A stretch of 64,000 nt of DNA, from NCBI GenBank assembly GCA_964596685.1, contig CAZQVA010000001.1, forward strand, positions 836-64,835, in the 5' to 3' direction. Source of the DNA: an uncultured bacterium. GTDB taxonomy: Bacteria > Chlamydiota > Chlamydiia > Chlamydiales > VFKH01. A program made the position numbers and the translations under genes. The notes beneath the pieces were generated by a model. The model did not search any database. It was not told where the DNA came from and saw nothing but the letters and a program-made list of their open reading frames with translations. Positions 15,588-23,020 of this stretch are shown here, one piece after another (position 1 is the stretch's first letter; each line of letters opens with the position of its first letter).

Positions 15588-15722
15588 ATGGGTCAACATA
15601 AAAAGAATGAGATTCGCGATCATAAAAAGATCAATAAGGAACGCCTCCAAAAAACCAAGGGTGGAGCCAGTCCTGCTGAGTTTGCAGAGGGCCTTGATGT
15701 TCTAACACCTCCTGGAGTTTAA
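15588..15722 (+). CDS. possible 44-aa basic small protein
   Basis: Below the ORF-track size cutoff. AAGGAGG (15576-15582) lies 5 nt upstream of ATG 15588. Product MGQHKKNEIRDHKKINKERLQKTKGGASPAEFAEGLDVLTPPGV. Its stop overlaps the stop of the convergent 15719-16945 gene. Confidence 0.3.
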   Translation: MGQHKKNEIRDHKKINKERLQKTKGGASPAEFAEGLDVLTPPGV

Positions 15723-16945
15723 AGCATCGGAAGGGAGCGTACGCGTACGCTCTTAATACCAAAAACAGAAACTTCCATCACAGTAAATTCGCAGTTATTG
15801 AGTACAATTGACTCTCCTGCCTCTGGATGTGTTCCAAGATGGAATGTCAACAGTTCTGCCAAGGTGTCTCCATGTTCATTGCTCAATTGAAGGTGGAGAC
15901 GCTCATTGACTTCTTTTAAACGCTTCTTTGCCGCAAATGTGCACTGGACGACCTGACTCTCATTCAATTGGCGCTTTCTAATATGGAGCAACCATTCCAT
16001 ACACTCGTCTAAGGAAGTCATGCCAATTGGCTTACCTTCCCGGTCAATCACAATAGCAGCGCGATGCGCATCTGCCAATAAATGCGTTACAGCATCCAAA
16101 AGATTCACATCCTCATTGAGGAATAGCGGGCTTGTCAGCTGATCTTTAATAGGAAGTGCATCATCTAAAGCGTAAAGTTTTGACGTATCGATAAGATGCA
16201 CAAGATTTTTGCGGTTACGGTGATAGACACCAAAGATCAAATGCTTACTCCGTTTGATGAGATCGCGCGTCGTACCTACTGTTGCGGAATCAGGAATCAT
16301 CTTGAGGCGTTCTAAAGGGATAAGCGTTTGGCGTACATTCACCGATTTTAAATCGAATAATTTGGATACGACCTCTCCAAGTATTGTGCGCTCTTCAAGA
16401 AAAAATTCATGTCCCTCTTTTTCTTCCAAAATTTTTTGTAAGTCCTCACGATTAACGGAGGGAAGAATATCCTCCTGATGGCCTCCAAAACACCAGTTCA
16501 TGAAGTGTACTAGCTTGCCAAAGCACCAGATCACAGGAAAAAGCAAACGAGAAAGTGTATAAAGAATGGGTGATTGCCATAGAGCGACAGTTTCTGGCGC
16601 GCGTCGCGCAGCAAAAAGGGGCGCCAATTCAGCAAAGATCACTACGAGAAAAAATTGCGAAAGAGGAGCCCAATCGGGGTCTAAATCACAAGCGCGATAG
16701 AAATGGCGCGCACATTCCGAGCCCAATTGCAAAGCAAAATTCACACCAAAAAGAACTGTACCAAATAACCGTGAAGGACTTTTCAGAAGGCTTTCTATCC
16801 ACATCGCGCGTTGATTTTTCTTCAGGAGATATTCCTGTAAACGCACCTTGTTAAATGAAATGATAGCCATCTCAGCCATGCTAAAAAAAGCTTCTATTCC
16901 AACACATAACAAAGTGGCCAGCAGCCAGAACCATGCAGGACTCAT
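15719..16945 (-). CDS. HlyC/CorC (CNNM, TlyC-like) family membrane protein: DUF21-CBS-CorC_HlyC
   Basis: 408 aa. The N-terminus is a DUF21-type membrane domain (VGIEAFFSMAEMAIISFNKVRL), followed by a CBS pair region and a C-terminal CorC/HlyC-like domain. Confidence 0.88.
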   Translation of the reverse strand: MSPAWFWLLATLLCVGIEAFFSMAEMAIISFNKVRLQEYLLKKNQRAMWIESLLKSPSRLFGTVLFGVNFALQLGSECARHFYRACDLDPDWAPLSQFFLVVIFAELAPLFAARRAPETVALWQSPILYTLSRLLFPVIWCFGKLVHFMNWCFGGHQEDILPSVNREDLQKILEEKEGHEFFLEERTILGEVVSKLFDLKSVNVRQTLIPLERLKMIPDSATVGTTRDLIKRSKHLIFGVYHRNRKNLVHLIDTSKLYALDDALPIKDQLTSPLFLNEDVNLLDAVTHLLADAHRAAIVIDREGKPIGMTSLDECMEWLLHIRKRQLNESQVVQCTFAAKKRLKEVNERLHLQLSNEHGDTLAELLTFHLGTHPEAGESIVLNNCEFTVMEVSVFGIKSVRVRSLPML

Positions 16946-18162
16946 GCGACACCTTTTCGCACATAGATCTTTTGAATTCTTCGCGGTTCAGCTGCAAGCA
17001 CATGTAAGAACAATCCGTCGATTGTCGTCTGAAAACCAGTTTTTGGAATCGATCCTAAATGTGCAGACAACCATCCCCCCAAAGTAACTGCTCCATGGGG
17101 GTTCTCGATGGGAATATGGAGTAGTTGCTCAAGTAGTGCTAACTCAAGTGTTGCACTAGCAATAAGGGCACCTGGGGTAAAAAGTGTATATTCACTGGTC
17201 TGTGTTGGAAGCTGTGGAGTTGTTCCAAAGATATTTTCGATGATATCAGTATAAGTAATCAGACCTCGCACTGTACTATATTCATCCACAACCAATGCAT
17301 CGCGTTCCTTCGATTGAGAAATGAGCACACGCGCCTTCATATGTTCTGGAACAAACCATAAAGGACGCAACTTCCCTACTAAATCTTCTGCTTTTTTTAA
17401 ATCAGGGCGCAATAAAAAATAATCCCGAGAAGAGAGCACACCCACCGGTGACTCCAAATTCTCCCTACAGACAACAACGCGTGAGTTTTTTTCAAAGCAA
17501 AGATGCAATTGCTCTAAAGAATCATGTAAACAGTAAATCTGTAATGCGTCTCTTGGCTGCATCACTTCTTTGGCTGTAGCCCCTTGAAACCAGAGAAATC
17601 CTCGGATCCAGCGACCTTCGCGCTTATCAAGCAACTCGCGCTCTTCGGAGCGATGCAACAGCTCTAAAATTTCTTCCCTGGATAATTCTGCTGGTTTTTT
17701 TAAAAAGAAAAACAAGGCATGTGAAACCATACTTGCAAGATCAACGATAATCAAGCGTAGAGGCCGAACAAGGCGAAAAATGTAAAAGATGATCGGAGCG
17801 GCTTTTGTTGCCACTTTTTGATTTCGCGCCAGGGCAAACGCTTTTGGAAGGATGTCCCCAAAAATTAGCGTGAGTACAAGAGGCACCCCAACATTGAGCA
17901 ACCAGGAGGAGTAGCTGCTAAAAAACCCTGAGGCAAAGTTTTGGACAAGTAAATTGACCAATACATCTGCCATAAACAATGTAACGAGCAGCTGCCTTGG
18001 ATGCTGCAAAAGACTTGCCGCCGTCTTTTTATGGCGATCTTCACTCTTGCTATAACTTTTAATTTGCGTCGGTGTAAGGGAAAAAAGAGAAACTTGTGCC
18101 GCTGAAACAAGCCCTGAACACAAGGTGAAGAAGAGCATCGGTAACAGGAGCAACCAAGTCAT
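16942..18162 (-). CDS. second HlyC/CorC (CNNM, TlyC-like) family membrane protein
   Basis: 406 aa with the same architecture as its neighbour (SGLVSAAQVSLFSLTPTQI..., CBS region, CorC_HlyC end). ATGA overlap with the downstream paralogue. Confidence 0.88.
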   Translation of the reverse strand: MTWLLLLPMLFFTLCSGLVSAAQVSLFSLTPTQIKSYSKSEDRHKKTAASLLQHPRQLLVTLFMADVLVNLLVQNFASGFFSSYSSWLLNVGVPLVLTLIFGDILPKAFALARNQKVATKAAPIIFYIFRLVRPLRLIIVDLASMVSHALFFFLKKPAELSREEILELLHRSEERELLDKREGRWIRGFLWFQGATAKEVMQPRDALQIYCLHDSLEQLHLCFEKNSRVVVCRENLESPVGVLSSRDYFLLRPDLKKAEDLVGKLRPLWFVPEHMKARVLISQSKERDALVVDEYSTVRGLITYTDIIENIFGTTPQLPTQTSEYTLFTPGALIASATLELALLEQLLHIPIENPHGAVTLGGWLSAHLGSIPKTGFQTTIDGLFLHVLAAEPRRIQKIYVRKGVA

Positions 18163-18431
18163 GTGCCATTCTCCAACAGCAGAATTTTCTTCTGCCCTCG
18201 AGGGATCAGTCCCAATTTACGAATTAGCACCATTTCTATCCAATCTGGATCATTTTGACTGGCGATTTCCTGCAGTAAAATACGCTGCTCCTGCAAAGCT
18301 ACCTGTTTTTTTTCTTCTAAAATGGTGATGCGGCTTTGTAAAACACGCTCTTCTTCTTTGAGCGACCTGTGCTTTCTTTCAAAGAGCATCAGAGTGGCTA
18401 AAAGAAACACAACTATACCAAGTATACCCAT
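18159..18431 (-). CDS. FtsB/DivIC-like septum formation initiator
   Basis: Single TM helix (GILGIVVFLLATLMLF), a coiled coil (LKEEERVLQSRITILEEKKQVALQEQRILLQEI) and the conserved tail DPDWIEMVLIRKLGLIPRGQKKI. The track start 18608 reads through a palindromic repeat, so ATG 18431 (or 18500) is preferred. Confidence 0.6.
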   Translation of the reverse strand: MGILGIVVFLLATLMLFERKHRSLKEEERVLQSRITILEEKKQVALQEQRILLQEIASQNDPDWIEMVLIRKLGLIPRGQKKILLLENGT

Positions 18432-18588
18432 CCAACCTAAAGAATTGGTTTTAGGCCGAAGAAAAAGCTTCCGCGATCGCGCCAGAAAAAAAGTCCCCAT
18501 ATTACTAATATGAGGACTTTTTTTCTGACTCGAGCCCGGAGCTTTCTCTCGGTCTAAAATCCAATTCTTCAGGTTGGATGGGTATAGC
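18422..18588. repeat. 167-bp imperfect palindromic element, repeat family 2
   Basis: Arm A (18422-18485) and arm B (18527-18588) are reverse complements at roughly 85 percent by eye. The centre is itself a hairpin (AAAAAAAGTCC...GGACTTTTTTT around CATATTACTAATATG). A half copy lies at 58694-58762 and a fragment at 56175-56201. Confidence 0.75.
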
Positions 18589-18619
18589 TTAATTGTGCGC
18601 CGCATCATCCTTTTTACTT

Positions 18620-19825
18620 TTAGTTACCAATTCGAGGAAACATTACGGGGTGTGTTCCAGGGAAGAAATAGCGCAAAATCTCCATGGCATCTTTTCCATG
18701 ACACGCCATATCTTGCGCAGAAAAGAGACATAACCCGCATCCATCACCTTTACCATACCCAGAAAATACAACGACATCACCTTGAATCTGAACCGTAAAT
18801 TCTGTACTTTGCAAACGATCTGCCCCTACAGACTTTTGAAGACTTAAAACGTCGATATCCTTGGAAGTATCACTGTTCTGAAAACGCAAAGCATAGACCT
18901 TGCCAGAAGCAGGATCTCTGAAGGGGTTGATTGAATCGATGCGACTCACACCTACCAATTGACTTAAGTTGCTCTTATCAATGGAAAATGTCCATGCTGT
19001 CTGTTCTTTTGTTTGCAGGGCCGCCTTTGGGCTAACTGTTTCAGTCGCCCAGCCAGTATCTCTTCTGTAGATTACTTGAGGTGCTACAGTCTGTCCAGCG
19101 CAGTGTTCTGTCCATGTCGCCATAAAGAGTCCACGCAACTTATCGTTCTTATCAAATGTATCTCTTTGTAAAACTAGATAACGCGTTGCATTAGTTGTCG
19201 CTACAACATCAGGATTATGCGCACCTGCAAGGCCAAAATATCCCACATCACATGCGCGCACATGCCAATAAGCACATGGTTGTTTTAAGACACTGTAAGT
19301 CGCATCTGTTCTCGCAATTACGGCAAGAGCGGCGACAACTTCATCACATAAAACCTGACCCTTGATTTGATCTGGCAAAGTCAATTTCACATAGTCTTCG
19401 ATCTGTACTTCATTCACGATTGTTAATTTGTGACCGACTTGATAAATAGTAATACTACCAGGATAACATACGCCATTTACCCATAACGAACTCTTAGGAT
19501 TGCTTGGAACGACAGTAATTTGGTAGACATCGGGAAATTCTTCTCCCCAGCGAATACCCTCGCCAGTGGGCTTTACTGGGTAAGATTTACCAGAAAGTGT
19601 ACTCGCAAACATGCGTCTTTCAAGGGGGTCATAGACTCGGTATTGTCCTTTGGCCGTCAATTGTACACAATCTACATCACGCGCAATGAGCACGCGAATT
19701 GAGGGATTGACTGGATAAAGGCGAAAATTACCCACTAACCCATTTTCATAGGGCTCATTTGCCGCTTGGACAGAAGAAGCTCCAAGAGTTAAGAGCATCA
19801 TCATCAAGTACATATACCGTTTCAT
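18620..19825 (-). CDS. SpoIID/LytB-domain protein (peptidoglycan remodelling)
   Basis: 401 aa with signal peptide MKRYMYLMMMLLTLGASSVQA. The SpoIID-like pattern is VVAALAVIARTDA...WHVRACDVGYFGLAG...ATNATRYLVL...FMATWTEHCAGQT. Confidence 0.65.
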   Translation of the reverse strand: MKRYMYLMMMLLTLGASSVQAANEPYENGLVGNFRLYPVNPSIRVLIARDVDCVQLTAKGQYRVYDPLERRMFASTLSGKSYPVKPTGEGIRWGEEFPDVYQITVVPSNPKSSLWVNGVCYPGSITIYQVGHKLTIVNEVQIEDYVKLTLPDQIKGQVLCDEVVAALAVIARTDATYSVLKQPCAYWHVRACDVGYFGLAGAHNPDVVATTNATRYLVLQRDTFDKNDKLRGLFMATWTEHCAGQTVAPQVIYRRDTGWATETVSPKAALQTKEQTAWTFSIDKSNLSQLVGVSRIDSINPFRDPASGKVYALRFQNSDTSKDIDVLSLQKSVGADRLQSTEFTVQIQGDVVVFSGYGKGDGCGLCLFSAQDMACHGKDAMEILRYFFPGTHPVMFPRIGN

Positions 19826-20853
19826 CGCATCTTCCTTATATGTTCATAGGCCAAAGCAGTCGCTTGCCTGCCTTTAGGTGTACGTTTTATCATTCCTTGC
19901 ATCACGAGATAAGGTTCATGCACCTCTTCAATCGTATGCGATTCTTCTCCCAATGCAATTGCAAGGGTATTTAATCCAACTGGACCCCCATTATAGTGAG
20001 AGATCAAAATTTCTAAAAGCTTGTTATCCATTTCATCAAGACCGCGCGTATCAATTGCTAGTAATTCCATCGCATGCACGACTAAATCTTCATCAACAGA
20101 TGTCTTTCCATGTGAATGAGCAAAATCGCGTACCCATCTTAGCAGATGATTTGCTACACGCGGCGTCCCGCGTGATCTTTTGGCAATTTCTTGAGCGGCT
20201 GCTTGTTCCAGTTCAATTTGTATGTAGCCTGCTGATCTGGCAATTACCTCACTCAAAAGATCTTCTGGATAATAATCCAAACGCCCTGAGAAGGAAAACC
20301 GCGATCTTAGTGGCGCTGTAATTAATCCTGAACGTGTCGTTGCTCCAATCAGAGTAAAGTTTGGTAATTTTACTTGCACACTTCTGGCCGCAGGCCCACT
20401 ATCAATCATCAAGTCTAGACAAAAATCTTCCATTGCGGGGTAAAGATACTCCTCTACAGCGCGATTTAAGCGATGAATTTCATCAATGAAGAGGACACTG
20501 CCCTCTTTTAATGAGGTCAGTACGCCTGCTAAATCTTTCGCCTTTTCCAACACAGCGCCAGAGGTTACAATCAAGTCGCCACCCATTTCATTAGCGACAA
20601 TATGCGCAAGCGTTGTTTTTCCAAGACCGGGAGGACCGGAAAAAAGTAAATGCCCCAGGACTTCTTTGCGCGATTTAGCAGCTCCCATCAAGATCTTCAA
20701 CCTCTGACACAACTCAGGTTGTCCAACAAATTCTTTAAACTCTTTTGGGCGCAAAGAGGTCTCTATGGCAGGCACTTCCTTCAGCGTAAGTGATGACTTG
20801 ATAAATGATTGCGTGCTGATAGTTTTGCTTCCTGTAAAGTCCACTTGTAACAC
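19822..20853 (-). CDS. ruvB: Holliday junction branch migration helicase RuvB
   Basis: 343 aa. Walker A GPPGLGKTTLA, LFIDEIHRL, RGTPRVANHLLRWVRD. Confidence 0.96.
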   Translation of the reverse strand: MLQVDFTGSKTISTQSFIKSSLTLKEVPAIETSLRPKEFKEFVGQPELCQRLKILMGAAKSRKEVLGHLLFSGPPGLGKTTLAHIVANEMGGDLIVTSGAVLEKAKDLAGVLTSLKEGSVLFIDEIHRLNRAVEEYLYPAMEDFCLDLMIDSGPAARSVQVKLPNFTLIGATTRSGLITAPLRSRFSFSGRLDYYPEDLLSEVIARSAGYIQIELEQAAAQEIAKRSRGTPRVANHLLRWVRDFAHSHGKTSVDEDLVVHAMELLAIDTRGLDEMDNKLLEILISHYNGGPVGLNTLAIALGEESHTIEEVHEPYLVMQGMIKRTPKGRQATALAYEHIRKMR

Positions 20854-20886
20854 AAAAAGGATTTGAAGTGCTATAATATAGATATT

Positions 20887-22449
20887 ATGACTTCATCTCA
20901 TTTATCACTTCCGCCAGACTTTCTCCTGGCACCTTCAACCATAATACCTTCATCTCAATCCCCCCTTGCTCGTCGTACAATGCGCGCTGTCACAATAACC
21001 GCACAAACAGCAGCCAAATTCCTAACTCCGCTTCCACCTTCTACCAACACGCATTCTCCCTTGCTTGCGCCAAAAAATCCCCTTGCTTATGCCAGTATCA
21101 CTGATTGTGCTCTTCCGGCTATTACTGGGCGATTAATTGTAACAAAGAAGGAAGATATAGAGCGCGAAAAGCTTCTTAAACTCGCTAAAGAGATTGTTTT
21201 TGCACAACACTTCCCTCGCACTGCAATACGTCAATTTAAAGACCATCTCCTTAACTCTTTCCGTTTTCTCCATCAACACGCTTTATCCATTCCACTTGAA
21301 GCCAGACAACAGCATCTAGATCTCTTCTGTCAAAAAATGATGCAGGACATCAATGAACTGTCATCCAGTAGTAGCACTGCGCCGATTCTGCGCTTACGCA
21401 AGGAAATATTACTATCTCTTTGTCGTCTCATTGCTGTTTACGATGGCAGATTGCCTTTTCATAATGTGGACCATTCATTGGGAGTCGCACAAGGCGCTTA
21501 TGCTCTTACAGAAGGATTGTCGCATTATCCCACTCCTGATGCCTCATTCCGCGAGATTACCTACCTTGCAGGGATCTATCACGATATGCTCACCTGTTTT
21601 TTTAATGATCCCGATCTAGGTCGACGTATGGCAGGTCATCATCCAGAAAAAAGCGAAGGTGCCTCTGCAGCTGTTGCCGCTGGATGGCTGCCCAAAGATG
21701 CCCCTCCTTTGTGGGCCACTATTCTCCGTCAAAACATTCTCGCAACTGTTCCTCGTTTTGATTCTGAACTTAAAACAGTACTTAATGATTCGTTCCCCTC
21801 TTCTCTTCGTGGAAATTGGGTTGAAGAGGCCCATACTATCCTTACCTCATGGCCTGTTGCACTCAGCGACCTTGAAGCAAGTATTGTAAATAGTAAACAC
21901 TGGGCAACGATTGAAACTGATTGTCTCTTTTTCGAAATGAATCCTGCTGCTGCACGCCATTTAGAGGCCTATATTAATGACAAGGTCCCAACACCTGATA
22001 CCATGGCGGCTCTGAAAAAATATTTACACCACCTTTATCAACAACGCTCTTTTGCAAAAGGGCAAGCATCTCGCCTTCAGCACTCTCTTACACATCTCAA
22101 CACGACTCTGACACATCTGAACGAATCCCCACTTAAACAAGCTCTTACACTATTTAGAGATAATTTTAATAAACGTTACTGTAGCGCCCCGCATGTGATC
22201 AAAGAGGATGGTTACACAGAAATAACGTCGCGCTGGAAGGAAATTATTGCTCTTATTCATCCCTCCTTAAAACAGCAGGCCTTGGATGTAAAGCTCCAAG
22301 AATTTTTAGAGAATCCTCCCGATTCCCTGCTCTCTTCATTGGTGCCACAGTGGCATAAAAATGTCTGCTCACGCCTCGGAATTCATCGTCTTCCCACTAT
22401 TGCAGAATGCCATAAGCTCCATGAGCGAGCCCCCATTCTTTTTAATTAA
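20887..22449 (+). CDS. orphan protein with HD-domain-like metal-binding motifs
   Basis: The track ORF starts at TTG 20863, but ATG 20887 is more likely. The pattern LPFHNVDHSLGVAQGAYAL...LAGIYHDM matches H...HD of the HD phosphohydrolase superfamily. The N-terminus is Pro/Ser-rich and predicted disordered. Confidence 0.7.
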   Translation: MTSSHLSLPPDFLLAPSTIIPSSQSPLARRTMRAVTITAQTAAKFLTPLPPSTNTHSPLLAPKNPLAYASITDCALPAITGRLIVTKKEDIEREKLLKLAKEIVFAQHFPRTAIRQFKDHLLNSFRFLHQHALSIPLEARQQHLDLFCQKMMQDINELSSSSSTAPILRLRKEILLSLCRLIAVYDGRLPFHNVDHSLGVAQGAYALTEGLSHYPTPDASFREITYLAGIYHDMLTCFFNDPDLGRRMAGHHPEKSEGASAAVAAGWLPKDAPPLWATILRQNILATVPRFDSELKTVLNDSFPSSLRGNWVEEAHTILTSWPVALSDLEASIVNSKHWATIETDCLFFEMNPAAARHLEAYINDKVPTPDTMAALKKYLHHLYQQRSFAKGQASRLQHSLTHLNTTLTHLNESPLKQALTLFRDNFNKRYCSAPHVIKEDGYTEITSRWKEIIALIHPSLKQQALDVKLQEFLENPPDSLLSSLVPQWHKNVCSRLGIHRLPTIAECHKLHERAPILFN

Positions 22450-22510
22450 ATTATTTTACAATAAATCATTTTAGTTGCATCTTCCTGGTTTTTTCATGTA
22501 CACTATCTGT

Positions 22511-22607
22511 GGCTGGGGAACTTTTGAAGTGCAACTTGCTCGAACCAGGTCAGGACCGGAAGGTAGCAGCCTTAAGGGAAAAGACATGTCAAAGGCAAAT
22601 CTCCAGC
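22511..22607 (+). ncRNA. ffs: signal recognition particle RNA (small bacterial 4.5S type)
   Basis: Conserved domain IV sequence ACCAGGTCAGGACCGGAAGGTAGCAGCC with a GGAA tetraloop. The terminal stem is GCTGGGGA/TCTCCAGC, followed by a T6 run (22608-22613). Confidence 0.85.
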
Positions 22608-22613
22608 TTTTTT

Positions 22614-22855
22614 CTTCTCCCCCCCCCTGATCCCTACTAATTCTCATGCAGCATAAGGTGTAACCGCTTATATGCCCTCTGTGGGCTCTGTAGTAAATAT
22701 TTTTATTTAAACTTGTGTTATTTTTTGAACCACAGAGCTCACAGGGCACACAGAGGGGGAAAATAAGGATTTTTGGCAGAAGGCTGTCTGGTGAATCCTT
22801 AAGAAAAGCTTCCATTCTAGCTCTGAATAGTTAACTAATACTTTGAATTACACCC
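22614..22855 (-). mobile_element. repeat family 1 MITE, copy 2 (inverted orientation, one end truncated/degenerate)
   Basis: The right end CTAATACTTTGAATTACACC (to 22855) matches the family TIR. The internal CTCTGTG-type stem and AT-rich loop are conserved. The opposite TIR is missing, and similarity decays next to the ffs T-run. Confidence 0.7.
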
Positions 22856-22960
22856 AGCTCCAGTTCCAACCTTGTGTTAATTTAAAAAGAAACTTATATT
22901 AGCGAAATGAGCTTGGAAGTGCACAACGCTTATCATCAAATTTCCTTCAAGGCGACAGAA

Positions 22961-22989
22961 TTGTTTTTTAATATTTCGTTTGATAAAAT
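22961..22989 (+). promoter_or_regulatory. candidate promoter of the 1162-aa gene
   Basis: TTGTTT (22961-22966), a 17-nt spacer, then TAAAAT (22984-22989), 31 nt upstream of ATG 23021. Confidence 0.35.
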
Positions 22990-23020
22990 GGATATTATAT
23001 TAAATAAAAAGTGATTAAAA

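Noticed and set aside
12875-15722. Calling the tRNA-Ser islet an intact integrative element or prophage remnant
   Set aside because: No integrase, excisionase or phage genes are present, and I could find no direct repeat of the tRNA 3' end downstream. It is reported only as a possible decayed islet.
18432-18608. N-terminal 59 codons of track ORF 18159-18608, and likewise 58659-58754 of ORF 58659-59744
   Set aside because: Both extensions are translations of the family-2 repeat, and one also reads the opposite arm in reverse. The similarity between them is at the nucleotide level with no excess of synonymous changes, so they are not genuine shared protein domains.
22471-22815. Minus-strand 114-aa ORF
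   Set aside because: It covers the SRP RNA gene and the family-1 MITE copy 2, so it is not a protein gene.
22856-22870. 12-nt match CTCCAGTTCCAA shared between 22858-22869 and the reverse complement of 33585-33596
   Set aside because: Exact 12-mers are expected by chance many times in a 64-kb self-comparison on both strands, and there is no extended similarity.
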